In this document: positions 1-9,913 of the stretch, piece after piece
Layout: every line of letters starts with the position of its first letter
How positions within the stretch are numbered: position 1 is the stretch's first letter
Source of the DNA: a virus
DNA length: 64,000 nt
Direction: 5' to 3' (one strand)
Virus record (IMG/VR): IMGVR_UViG_3300027969_000043
Span: 104,872-168,871 of that record
Made by a program: the position numbers and the translations under genes
The notes under the pieces: model-generated
Told to the model about the DNA's origin: nothing
The model's database searches: none
What the model saw: the letters and a program-made list of their open reading frames with translations, nothing else

Positions 1-8
1 ATTCATAT

Positions 9-311
9 GTGGTACCAACAATAACACTTTACGATTTTATTAATTTATATAATATTGAACACATTGATTATCTGTGGATAGATGCCCAAGGTCATGATTT
101 TAATGTTATTAAAAGCCTTAAAGATAAAATTAATATAGTAAAAGAAGGCAGATGCGAAGCCGCTCATAATGTTACGTTGTACGAAGGTGTTAATAACAAT
201 TATCAAGATATTATCGATTATTTAAGTAACTTTGGATTTGAATCAGAAATTGAATTAGACCGTTCTGGATTTGGTGCTGAATGTGATGTTTCATTTAAAA
301 AAAGAATATGA
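9..311 (+). CDS. FkbM-family methyltransferase, C-terminal part (probably truncated by window edge)
   Basis: TITLYDF...IDYLWIDAQGHDFNVIKS matches the FkbM 'LD..IDxLKIDxEGxE' motif. Confidence 0.75.
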   Translation: MVPTITLYDFINLYNIEHIDYLWIDAQGHDFNVIKSLKDKINIVKEGRCEAAHNVTLYEGVNNNYQDIIDYLSNFGFESEIELDRSGFGAECDVSFKKRI

Positions 312-757
312 TATTAATATCACATAGAGGAAATACCATTGGGCCAATACCTAATTTGGAAAATGAACCAAAATATATAGATAATGCAATTTCTGATGGT
401 TTTGATGTTGAAGTTGATGTTTGGTGTATAAAAAATAAAGAAGATAATTGGCAATTATTTTTAGGTCATGATGAACCACAATATGGTATAAATTATGATT
501 GGCTTTCTGATAGAATTGCAAATCTTTGGGTACATTGTAAAAATATCGAAGCTATTGAATTTTTTAAAAATACAAAAATTAATTATTTTTGGCATCAATA
601 TGATACATTAACACTAACATCAAACAAATATATTTGGGCGTATCCTGGAAAACAACCAATAAGTGGTAGCATTGCTGTTATGCCTGAAATTAATTCTGAT
701 AACATAACTAAATGTATTGGTGTTTGCTCTGATTATATAAAAAATTATAAAAAATGA
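308..757 (+). CDS. Glycerophosphodiester phosphodiesterase-like protein
   Basis: ISHRGN...EN...GFDVEVDVW...LGHD...HCKN motifs. Confidence 0.7.
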   Translation: MILISHRGNTIGPIPNLENEPKYIDNAISDGFDVEVDVWCIKNKEDNWQLFLGHDEPQYGINYDWLSDRIANLWVHCKNIEAIEFFKNTKINYFWHQYDTLTLTSNKYIWAYPGKQPISGSIAVMPEINSDNITKCIGVCSDYIKNYKK

Positions 758-1758
758 TATTATTAACTTACGGGACTAGACCAGAATATATAAAAATTAA
801 ACCATTAATTAACGAAATGGTGAAACAAAATATATCATTTAAAACATTATTTACAGGTCAACATAAAGACATAGTAAATAATGATGCTGATTTTGTTTTA
901 GATATGAAAAATTATGGTGAAAATAGATTGGATAATATTATACAAAATTGTATGAATATGCCGTCAAGCTGGTTTGATGGGATTGACTATATTTTAGTTC
1001 AAGGCGATACAACATCGGTTACTGGATTAGCGCTAGCGGCACTACATAGAAAAATAAAATTAATACATCTAGAAGCTGGCCTTAGAACATATGACACCGA
1101 AAATCCTTACCCCGAAGAAAATAATAGACGAATCGTTTCAACAATTGCTGACATACATCTATGTCCAACAGAGCAAAATAAAATTAATTTATTAAACGAA
1201 AACATTCCTGAGAATAAAATATATGTTGTTGGTAATACTGGTTTAGATAATTTATTAAATTTAAACTATGAAATAAAATACGATAATAAAATTTTAATAA
1301 CTCTTCATAGACGTGAAAATCATGAAAAAATGGATGAGTGGTTTATTGCTTTAAACAATATTGCAAAAAGATACAAAGATTACGAATTTATATTACCAAT
1401 ACATCCAAACCCAAATGTTCAAAAACATAAACATTTGTTAACAGACATTAAAGTTATCAACCCATTAAATCATGAAGAACTTATAAAATATTTATTTACT
1501 ATAAAATTAGTTATTACCGATAGCGGTGGTATACAAGAAGAATGTAGTTTTTTAAACAAAAAATGTTTGGTTTGTCGAAAAATAACAGAAAGACCAGAAT
1601 CGGTAGGTTTAACCAGTTTTTTAGTTGATGAACCAGAAAATTTATATGGGCTGTTTGAAGAACATATTAAATCAGCAACATCAATGGATGACCAAAAATG
1701 TCCATTCGGTGACGGAAAATCATCCGAAAGAATTTGTAATATTTTTAGATATTTATAG
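754..1758 (+). CDS. wecB: UDP-N-acetylglucosamine 2-epimerase
   Basis: GTRPEYIK, TGQH, VQGDT, HLEAGLRT, PEENNR, TLHRREN, TDSGGIQEE, TERPE. Confidence 0.95.
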   Translation: MILLTYGTRPEYIKIKPLINEMVKQNISFKTLFTGQHKDIVNNDADFVLDMKNYGENRLDNIIQNCMNMPSSWFDGIDYILVQGDTTSVTGLALAALHRKIKLIHLEAGLRTYDTENPYPEENNRRIVSTIADIHLCPTEQNKINLLNENIPENKIYVVGNTGLDNLLNLNYEIKYDNKILITLHRRENHEKMDEWFIALNNIAKRYKDYEFILPIHPNPNVQKHKHLLTDIKVINPLNHEELIKYLFTIKLVITDSGGIQEECSFLNKKCLVCRKITERPESVGLTSFLVDEPENLYGLFEEHIKSATSMDDQKCPFGDGKSSERICNIFRYL

Positions 1759-1767
1759 TAAAAATAC

Positions 1768-2616
1768 ATGAACAAAAAAAGCACAGATAGAAAACCAAAA
1801 ACAAGAAGAAATGCTGATATTGAACTATCAGCATTTTCTGAATCTAACGGTGAAACAACCCCAAAAAAAGAAGTCTTATCAACAATTAGACTTGAAATAA
1901 AACATAAAAACGAGACACAAAAAAAGTTAACACAAGCAATAAAAAAGAACGATGTTACAATATGCGCTGGACCCGCTGGTACAGGCAAAACCCTGCTTAG
2001 TGTATTTGAAGCTTTGCTATTGTTGAAAACCTATCCAGAAAAATATAAAGAAATCAAGTTGGTTAAATCAATAACACAACTTAAAAATGAAGACCTTGGT
2101 ATACTGCCTGGTGATGAGAAAGAAAAAATGAAATTTCTCATGATGTCTTATTTAGATGCTTTTTATAAAATTATTGGCGAAGGTCTTACAAATAAACTAA
2201 TTGATTCTGGGTTAATTAAAATGGAGGTTTTTGGTGCTATACGTGGAAGGTCTTTTACAAACTGCATTATATTAGTTGACGAATTTCAAAACATTACCCA
2301 CGATAATGCAAAAACATTCCTAACTAGATTTTCAGACGATACAAAGGTTATTGTTTTAGGTGATACGGGTCAAATTGATTTAAAAAATAAAAAAGATAGT
2401 TCATTAGAAAGATTAATTGAAAGGGTAAATTTAACACCAATCGAAGGCGTTGGAGTTGTTGAATTTAATGAATCAGAAACTGTTAGACACAGACTTACTA
2501 GCTACTTTATTAACGTATTTAAAGAACCAGAACAACCCAAACAAGAACAGCAACAAAACAAAAAAAATACAAAAAAATCTATTTTTAAAAGTTTTATCGA
2601 TTTATTTAAAAAATAA
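1768..2616 (+). CDS. phoH: PhoH-like ATPase
   Basis: GPAGTGKT Walker A, LGILPGD, RGRSF, DEFQN, GDTGQID, VRH. Confidence 0.93.
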   Translation: MNKKSTDRKPKTRRNADIELSAFSESNGETTPKKEVLSTIRLEIKHKNETQKKLTQAIKKNDVTICAGPAGTGKTLLSVFEALLLLKTYPEKYKEIKLVKSITQLKNEDLGILPGDEKEKMKFLMMSYLDAFYKIIGEGLTNKLIDSGLIKMEVFGAIRGRSFTNCIILVDEFQNITHDNAKTFLTRFSDDTKVIVLGDTGQIDLKNKKDSSLERLIERVNLTPIEGVGVVEFNESETVRHRLTSYFINVFKEPEQPKQEQQQNKKNTKKSIFKSFIDLFKK

Positions 2617-2651
2617 CTTGACTTTATTCTTATAATTACTATCATTCTACC

Positions 2652-3254
2652 ATGAATATAGGTATATCAATAAATGAAGTTTTAAGAGATTTTTTAGGTC
2701 AGTTATTATACACATACGACAAGTATATTGAAAAAACTGATATTAAAGAAACAGAAATTACCAGTCTAAACTTAACAGAATTTTTAAAATTCGAGAGCGT
2801 AGACGAATGTAATAAGTTTTTATATTTAGAAGCACCCCTAGAAATCTTTGGCCATGCAGATTTAAAATTTGATGGCGTAATGGCTCACTTTAATAATCTT
2901 TTAATGGACATTAAAGATGAGGAAGAACACCAAATTATTTTGGTTGGTAAAGAAATAAACAAAAGCATCCCATCAACATTTTTCTTTTTATCCAAAACTG
3001 GATGTAGAGCAGAAAAAATAAATTTTGTTCAAAACGCAATAAACGAATGGGATAATGTTGATTTATTAATTACCGCAAACCCAGATGCGCTTCAAAATAA
3101 ACCGAACGGTAAAATTAGCGTAAAGGTTAAAGCACCATACAACGAAAATGTATCCGCCGATTACGAAATCGATTCTATTTTAGATTTTATTAAAGACCAA
3201 GACTTAAGAGATAAAATCATAAATTCAAAAATAACAACTTACGAAGAAATTTAA
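2652..3254 (+). CDS. HAD-fold 5'(3')-deoxyribonucleotidase-like protein with degenerate catalytic motif
   Basis: N-terminal IGISINEVLRDF resembles IxIDxDxVLxDF; C-terminal APYN motif. Confidence 0.5.
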   Translation: MNIGISINEVLRDFLGQLLYTYDKYIEKTDIKETEITSLNLTEFLKFESVDECNKFLYLEAPLEIFGHADLKFDGVMAHFNNLLMDIKDEEEHQIILVGKEINKSIPSTFFFLSKTGCRAEKINFVQNAINEWDNVDLLITANPDALQNKPNGKISVKVKAPYNENVSADYEIDSILDFIKDQDLRDKIINSKITTYEEI

Positions 3255-3257
3255 ACT

Positions 3258-3617
3258 ATGTTAGAATTTGGTGACTCAGTCTTTTATATAGACTTAAAAG
3301 CTTTTGACAAAGCCATTACTATTATTGATGGTAAAAACCCAGAAGATTTAAATGTAGAAACAGAAACAAAAACAACACTAAATGAAAAAGGTGAAATTTT
3401 AATGAGTGAAGTGTTTCAAAGAACAAGCCAAAGAGGTAAAGAAATTGATGCAACAAAATATGATTTACTTAAAACATTTATTGAGTACATTATAGATTAT
3501 GAAGACGAAAGCGACGACACACTAGGTGCCGACAGAGCGCTATCTCAAACACCTCTAGGATATAAAATAGTATTTAATACCTTATTAAAGGAGAATATAT
3601 TAAAAGAAAAACCATAA
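3258..3617 (+). CDS. Hypothetical protein
   Basis: 119-aa ORF tightly packed in operon. Confidence 0.7.
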   Translation: MLEFGDSVFYIDLKAFDKAITIIDGKNPEDLNVETETKTTLNEKGEILMSEVFQRTSQRGKEIDATKYDLLKTFIEYIIDYEDESDDTLGADRALSQTPLGYKIVFNTLLKENILKEKP

Positions 3618-3644
3618 TAAAAAATAAAAATAAAAAAAAAAGAA

Positions 3645-4766
3645 ATGGTAGACGAAAAAGTAAAACAAGTTAATGAGATTATTGAAAAATTAGACAAAAA
3701 AGATTTTAGTCTATATTTTTTCACACTTGACACAAAGGGAAACCCAACAGCAGGAATTGCAAACATTTATGAGCACGTAAAAGTATTAAATGAATTGGGT
3801 TACAATGCAAAAATTTTGCATGAGAAAAATGATTACAAATTAAGAGGTGATGAAAGTGGTATGGGTATTGCAGATTGGTTAGGTGAAGAATATGCTGCAC
3901 TACCACACGCATCAATCGAAAATCAAAATTTAAATGTTTCACCAGCTGACTTTATTGTCATCCCAGAAATATTTCCAACACTAATGGACCAAATTAAAGG
4001 ATTTCCATGTAGAAAAATTGTATTATCTCAGTGTTATGATTATTTATTGGACCTTTTACCAATCGGAAAAAGATGGGAAGCCGATTATGGTTTTGGACAT
4101 GTGATTACAACTAGCGATAAACAAGCTAATTATCTAAGAAATCTTTTTCCGTCTATTAAAACACATACAATACCTGTATCAATACCAAGTTATTTCAAAC
4201 CAAATGAAAAACCAAAAGTTCCAGTTATTGCAATCTTAACAAGAAATCAAGGTGATGCGGCTAAAATGGCAAAATCATTTTATTTACAATATCCAATTTA
4301 CAAATGGGTTAGTTTTAAAGAATTAAGAGGTCTATCTAGACAACAATTTGCTGAGGAATTATCTAAATGTTGTTTAGCTGTATGGATTGACGATAATTCT
4401 GGATTTGGAACATTCCCAATTGAAGCTATGGAGTGCGGAACGCCTGTTATTGGTAAAATACCAAACATGGTTCCTGAGTGGATGGAAACAATTGACGAGA
4501 CTGGTAATCAAGCTATCAATAATAACGGAGTTTGGACAAACACAACACTTAATATCCCAGAATTAATTGCAACATACATGAAGGTTTGGTTTGAAGATTC
4601 AGTACCATCTGATTTAATCGAATCAATTAAAAAATCTACTGGTTTATATTCACCTGAAAAACAAAAAGAAACAATTGAACGCGTATACGGTCAACTAATT
4701 GAAGAAAGAATACAAGAATTTAATAACATTTTAAAAGCTCAAACAGCTGTAGAAGAAAGTAAATAA
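3645..4766 (+). CDS. GT-B (GT4-like) glycosyltransferase
   Basis: GFGTFPIEAMECGTPVIG nucleotide-sugar binding motif. Confidence 0.8.
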   Translation: MVDEKVKQVNEIIEKLDKKDFSLYFFTLDTKGNPTAGIANIYEHVKVLNELGYNAKILHEKNDYKLRGDESGMGIADWLGEEYAALPHASIENQNLNVSPADFIVIPEIFPTLMDQIKGFPCRKIVLSQCYDYLLDLLPIGKRWEADYGFGHVITTSDKQANYLRNLFPSIKTHTIPVSIPSYFKPNEKPKVPVIAILTRNQGDAAKMAKSFYLQYPIYKWVSFKELRGLSRQQFAEELSKCCLAVWIDDNSGFGTFPIEAMECGTPVIGKIPNMVPEWMETIDETGNQAINNNGVWTNTTLNIPELIATYMKVWFEDSVPSDLIESIKKSTGLYSPEKQKETIERVYGQLIEERIQEFNNILKAQTAVEESK

Positions 4767-4775
4767 TTTAAAAAT

Positions 4776-5579
4776 ATGAAAAAAAGTAACTCAAATATCT
4801 CGGTAATCTTACCTGTACACGAATTAACCGAAGAAACAAAACCAATGTTTTTAAACGCCATTAAAAGCGTTGAACAACAAACTGTAAAACCTGATGAATT
4901 AGTTATTGTAATTCCAAAAGGTAGCGGTATTGCTAAATATATCAAAACCGTAGATTTCGGCGAAATAAAAGAAATCGTGTCGGTTGTTGAAAATGACGGT
5001 GAAACTGATTTTGCTAGCCAAATAAATTACGGTGTATCTAAAGCAAAATCTGAATGGGTTTCATTCTTAGAATTAGATGACGAATATGCTAACATCTGGT
5101 TTAAAAATGTTTTAGAATACACAAAGGCTCATACCAATGTTGAATTGTTTATGCCACTTGTTGTTGATGTAGATGCAAATGGCTCATTTGTTGGGTTTAC
5201 TAACGAAGCTGTTTGGGCAACTGGATTCTCAGACGAATTAGGTGTGTTAGATTTAAACGCATTATTAATGTATCAGAATTTTAATATTGATGGTATTGTT
5301 GTTAAAAAATCTATATTTGAATCATATGGTGGATTTAAACCTAGTATTAAATTAACATTTATATATGAATTCTTATTAAGAATGACATTTAAAGATGTTA
5401 AGGTAATGACAATTCCTAGATTTGGATACAAACACGTAAATCAAAGACCTGGTTCTTTATTTGATAATTACAAAAATACAATTGACCCAGCTGAAGCTAG
5501 ATGGTGGTTAAGTCAAGCAAAAAAAGAATATTATTTCGATAAAGATAGAAAAATAACGTATGAAACACAAAAAGTGTAA
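4776..5579 (+). CDS. GT2-family glycosyltransferase
   Basis: ISVILPVH...SVEQQT...INYGV...WVSFLELDD. Confidence 0.85.
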   Translation: MKKSNSNISVILPVHELTEETKPMFLNAIKSVEQQTVKPDELVIVIPKGSGIAKYIKTVDFGEIKEIVSVVENDGETDFASQINYGVSKAKSEWVSFLELDDEYANIWFKNVLEYTKAHTNVELFMPLVVDVDANGSFVGFTNEAVWATGFSDELGVLDLNALLMYQNFNIDGIVVKKSIFESYGGFKPSIKLTFIYEFLLRMTFKDVKVMTIPRFGYKHVNQRPGSLFDNYKNTIDPAEARWWLSQAKKEYYFDKDRKITYETQKV

Positions 5580-6308
5580 ATGGTTAGCAAAAGAGGACGC
5601 AAAAGAAAGAATGAAATGTATTTTGGTCCAGACGAAGAAAATGCCGTTAACGAATACTTAGCATCAACTGATGATACCGAAAGAAACTTGATTTACAACA
5701 AATGGTTAAAAGAGCCATTGGATAAAATGATAGAATCTATTATTAGAAAATATAAATTATATAGAAAGGGTGAAACGTTTGAAGATTTACACAGCGACAC
5801 CCTTTCATTTCTAATGACAAAAGCACATAAGTTTGAACATGGTAGAGGTAAAAAAGCATATTCTTACTATGGCACGATATGTAAACATTATATTTTAGGA
5901 TTATTAATCAAGGATGAAAAGTATATTAAACAAACAGCATCCTATGAAGATATATCTTCCGACTTAGAAGAACGTAAAGAGTTAAGCTATGTTATTGATG
6001 AAGATGATTTTCAAATGGATGAGTTTTTTAAAAAACTTACAAATGGTATCAAGGATGAATTAGACGATGAGAACTTACCACCAAAAAAACGATTAACCGA
6101 AAATGAAAAAAAAGTAGGTCAATCCCTGATTGAAATATTACAAAATTGGGAAACATCGTTTGATGCTATGAGTGGTGGTTCTAAATATAATAAAAACTCC
6201 GTACTAGAAACCATGCGAAACTACACCAATCTATCAACCAAAGATATAAGATTGGCTATGAGAAGATTTAAAGAGTTATACGAATTTTTAAAATTCAAAA
6301 CCCTGTAA
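5580..6308 (+). CDS. Late-transcription sigma factor (T4 gp55-like)
   Basis: YF..E.A..EYL, KFEHGRGKKAYSYYGTICKHY resembling the sigma region-2 segment of gp55-like proteins. Confidence 0.7.
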   Translation: MVSKRGRKRKNEMYFGPDEENAVNEYLASTDDTERNLIYNKWLKEPLDKMIESIIRKYKLYRKGETFEDLHSDTLSFLMTKAHKFEHGRGKKAYSYYGTICKHYILGLLIKDEKYIKQTASYEDISSDLEERKELSYVIDEDDFQMDEFFKKLTNGIKDELDDENLPPKKRLTENEKKVGQSLIEILQNWETSFDAMSGGSKYNKNSVLETMRNYTNLSTKDIRLAMRRFKELYEFLKFKTL

Positions 6309-6356
6309 ACGTATTTAAAAATCTTTTACTTAATATTTATATAAAAATATATTATC

Positions 6357-6740
6357 ATGCCAAGGAAAAAAAAACAAGATGTAAAAGTAAATGACGTTGA
6401 AAGCTTAGAGGGTTTAATGCAAGAAACTTACAATGATGCGTGTCTACAAATAAATGATGCTCAACGAAGCATAAATGAATTAGCATCAAGCGCCACACCA
6501 CAAGATGTAGACGATTTAACAAAAATAGCTAAAGAAAAAGGTGGTCTTTTAAAGGTAAAAGATTCTGCGATTAGAATTAAACTAGAATTAGCAAAACTAC
6601 AAAGCGATATACTTAAAAATAGAGGCGATGCCGAAACAGCAATTCAAGAAAGAACTGATGGCAAAGCGTCTTTAAATGATTTTAAATCAATTAGGGAAAT
6701 GCTTAAAAACGATAAGGATATTGAGAACCAACAAGATTAA
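6357..6740 (+). CDS. Helical hypothetical protein (possibly small terminase-like)
   Basis: Late motif at 6333; coiled-coil character; function is a guess. Confidence 0.35.
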   Translation: MPRKKKQDVKVNDVESLEGLMQETYNDACLQINDAQRSINELASSATPQDVDDLTKIAKEKGGLLKVKDSAIRIKLELAKLQSDILKNRGDAETAIQERTDGKASLNDFKSIREMLKNDKDIENQQD

Positions 6741-6742
6741 TA

Positions 6743-8257
6743 ATGTCTAATTTAGTCAAAAAAAAGCAAATATTTGGTAACATTGCGGCAGACAGGACGA
6801 TTACTGAGGGTATGCCAAAATTAAAGACTACCTCATCAATGCCATCAATTAATAACACTGGCAATGTGGTTGCTTTTTTAACAGATTTAATCAAGGCGCT
6901 TGATGGTTATGAAGAACTAGTAGATACTGTAATTGATACAATCACAAAATATCTTGGTACAATTGAAACCGAGATAAAAAATGCGCTTCAACTAGAATTA
7001 AAAGCTATCGTAAGCTGTGGTGTCAACCCTAGCCTACCCGATTATATTAAATCAACAGGTAACGGGATAAAATTTACTGTTGATAAGATAGATTTTACAA
7101 ACATATTAAAAATTGACCCAAGTTCAACTGCTGGTGGACTTATTTATACCGATTTAACACCAAATCTAATTGATAGCAAAGATTTTAATACTTTTTTATA
7201 CCAAGTAATACAAAATGATGGGTCTGTTAATGGATGGGGTCATCAAACAACGGGTGCTGACATATTAACGTTTCAGTTTAAATCTGTTGACATTGCGGGT
7301 ATAGACCCAAACAATACTCTAACTATTAAAGCGGCTCAATCATATGATAATAAATCATTAAGCGACATAAACAATAATTTTATAAATAGTGTGACACTAT
7401 TTGATTCAGCAAAACTATTAACAAAACTAGTTGATAATATATTTGGTACTGTATCTAACCTAGCAAAAACATCAAAAAACTTTTTAGAGAGTAAATCAAA
7501 AACAAATTTTATTATTAATAAAATTACAAATACCGAGGGTAATGATATACTTTCAGACAATTTTTTTGATTTTTCAAATAAAGATAAAAAATTTTTTGAA
7601 GACGAAGCTAATTTATGGAAACAAGGAAAAGCCATATATAAAACATCTGGCGAATTCACTTCACAAATATCAGATGTATCATTAAAAAATATGACCAAAT
7701 CTGTTTCTGGTGCAACAACCGAAGCAGCAAAAAAAGATGCGATAAAAAAATCTTTAAACGACTTAACAAATCAAATTACAAAAGCGTCAAATGATGCAAC
7801 CAAATTGATTAACAATAGAAACAATCAATTAAAAAAATTAAGTAATAAACTTGATTCTTTTAGTAAAATTAAAATTGACCATAAAGCATTAAGCTTAAAT
7901 TTTATTCAACAAATTATAAATGATTTTGTTAAAGTTATTGTTAATGTTTTATTATCGCCAAAGATTGTTACAATATTTCTTTTAAATTTTAAAATTATAT
8001 ACGGCCCAAACGAAACATTTTCAGACCCAATTGATTTTATCAAAAAAAATAGAAATTTAGTTAAAAATGTTGTAAAAAGAGTAAGTGGTATTATAATAAA
8101 AATATTATTAAAAAAAGTAATAAAAAGAATAACAAAGTTAATTGCAGAATCTAGACTTAAAAAAGAAATTGATAAAAACAAAGCAAAAGTAACACAATTG
8201 TTAAGTTTAGTTGGCGTTCCGCAAGATGTACTTAGACAAATAAACGGACTTATATGA
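6743..8257 (+). CDS. Hypothetical virion-associated protein
   Basis: 504-aa ORF in late operon leading to baseplate gene. Confidence 0.55.
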   Translation: MSNLVKKKQIFGNIAADRTITEGMPKLKTTSSMPSINNTGNVVAFLTDLIKALDGYEELVDTVIDTITKYLGTIETEIKNALQLELKAIVSCGVNPSLPDYIKSTGNGIKFTVDKIDFTNILKIDPSSTAGGLIYTDLTPNLIDSKDFNTFLYQVIQNDGSVNGWGHQTTGADILTFQFKSVDIAGIDPNNTLTIKAAQSYDNKSLSDINNNFINSVTLFDSAKLLTKLVDNIFGTVSNLAKTSKNFLESKSKTNFIINKITNTEGNDILSDNFFDFSNKDKKFFEDEANLWKQGKAIYKTSGEFTSQISDVSLKNMTKSVSGATTEAAKKDAIKKSLNDLTNQITKASNDATKLINNRNNQLKKLSNKLDSFSKIKIDHKALSLNFIQQIINDFVKVIVNVLLSPKIVTIFLLNFKIIYGPNETFSDPIDFIKKNRNLVKNVVKRVSGIIIKILLKKVIKRITKLIAESRLKKEIDKNKAKVTQLLSLVGVPQDVLRQINGLI

Positions 8258-8703
8258 GTGATGCTAACACAGAAAAAAAATCAGAATTTTCAACTGATGA
8301 TTTAAATTTTAACTCTATTGGTAGTGTACTAGATTTAATATTATCAGCCTTTAAATTACAAAAACCTCCAATCGAGGCATTACCACCACCATTATTATTA
8401 GCTGGCGGTCAATTACGCCCAGGCGTAACCGCAACCGAAGTAGCCGCTAGAATAATATCTAGACAATCCGAATCGGGTGCGCTTGTTGGTGATGTTTTTG
8501 CTGATGGAGATAATATTGCTCAAGCAATGGAGTTAATTAGAATTCAAGAAATAATGGACTCCCTATTAACCGAAGGCAAAATAGAAGTTATAATACCACC
8601 TGGGATACCTGTACAAACACTTGGAATTGGTAATCTCGGTGCACCAGTCGCTTCATTTGGCGCAACTACAACATTTGCATCTGGATGGGGTGTTTTACGT
8701 TAA
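8254..8703 (+). CDS. Hypothetical virion protein
   Basis: Overlaps upstream gene; Gly/Pro-rich C-terminus. Confidence 0.55.
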   Translation: MSDANTEKKSEFSTDDLNFNSIGSVLDLILSAFKLQKPPIEALPPPLLLAGGQLRPGVTATEVAARIISRQSESGALVGDVFADGDNIAQAMELIRIQEIMDSLLTEGKIEVIIPPGIPVQTLGIGNLGAPVASFGATTTFASGWGVLR

Positions 8704-8713
8704 AAAAATTTTT

Positions 8714-8917
8714 ATGGAAAAAAATGAAAAAAAATCTTTGTTTGAAGAATTAGAAGAAAAATCTAATAATGAAATTTTATTTGAAATCAAACAAATGGAG
8801 GCTGACCACGAAGCCTTAAAATTAAAAATGATAAAAGATTACGATAAATTAATCGAAATCGAAAAAAAATTTGAAAGAGCAAATTTAATATTACTTAAAA
8901 GATTAAAAGGGGAATAA
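8714..8917 (+). CDS. Small coiled-coil protein (ATG 8714 preferred to 8621)
   Basis: ATG just after stop of previous gene; abuts next gene. Confidence 0.6.
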   Translation: MEKNEKKSLFEELEEKSNNEILFEIKQMEADHEALKLKMIKDYDKLIEIEKKFERANLILLKRLKGE

Positions 8918-8918
8918 T

Positions 8919-9884
8919 ATGGGTGCCGAAAATAAATATATTACCAACCTACCAACCGTACTATCCGAAGTAAGCAAAGTCAGAACGGTTCAACTAGGTA
9001 TTGTTGCAAGTGTTGAAGACCCAAATGGGTTAGGTAGAATAAAAATTAGAATTCCAGGCCAACCAAACGTTGGCGGTGACGCTGATTCAACAATTGACGA
9101 ATTACCGTGGGCAACCCCAATGGAATCAAAATTTTTTACCAGCCAACCAAAAGTTGGTGAAGGTGTTTTTGTATTAACATTTAGTAATCAAAAAGCCCAT
9201 TCTGATAGATTATATTTTGGGCCGATAATATCACAGCTAGACAAATTAAATTTTGATTCATTAAATGTAACTGGTTTAAATTCTTTTACATTTGGTACAA
9301 CAACCCCAAATGTTTCAATGAATAGAATTCCAGCAATAAAGGGTGTTTTCCCAAAACAAGATGATATCTCGGTACAGGGTAGATACAACACTGATATTAT
9401 ACTAAGAAAAAATGAAATATTAATACGCGCTGGTAAATTTGTTGAATCAAAAGCCGATATAAATAATCCATACCCATTTCAATTTAATAATACAACACAA
9501 GGATTTATTCAAATTAAAAATAATGTTAATTTAGTTAGGGATGGTCAAGATTTGGGTAGCGTAACAAATATTGTTGGTAGTAAAATCAATTTAATCACAC
9601 ATAAAGATGGTACCCCTAGATTTAATGTTATGAATCAAGATTCACAAGTTAGTGATGAAGAAATTCTAAACATTCTTGAAAATGCACACCCACTACCATT
9701 TGGCGATTTACTTGTTGAATATTTAAGACTCCTAAAAAATGCGTTTTTAAACCACGTACACAATTACCATGGCATACCACCAACCGATTTAACCGTCGGA
9801 GTAACACTTCCAGTTAAAGAATTTAATGATAAAGCTGAAGACCTAGAAAGTAGAATGTTATCGAAGAATATCCGCATAAATTAA
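8919..9884 (+). CDS. Baseplate hub/spike protein with gp5/VgrG-type OB fold
   Basis: EDPNGLGRIKIRIP...LPWATP...PKVGEGVFV; C-terminal HVH. Confidence 0.8.
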   Translation: MGAENKYITNLPTVLSEVSKVRTVQLGIVASVEDPNGLGRIKIRIPGQPNVGGDADSTIDELPWATPMESKFFTSQPKVGEGVFVLTFSNQKAHSDRLYFGPIISQLDKLNFDSLNVTGLNSFTFGTTTPNVSMNRIPAIKGVFPKQDDISVQGRYNTDIILRKNEILIRAGKFVESKADINNPYPFQFNNTTQGFIQIKNNVNLVRDGQDLGSVTNIVGSKINLITHKDGTPRFNVMNQDSQVSDEEILNILENAHPLPFGDLLVEYLRLLKNAFLNHVHNYHGIPPTDLTVGVTLPVKEFNDKAEDLESRMLSKNIRIN

Positions 9885-9913
9885 TATTACCAGATATTTA
9901 TTAATAAAAAGAA

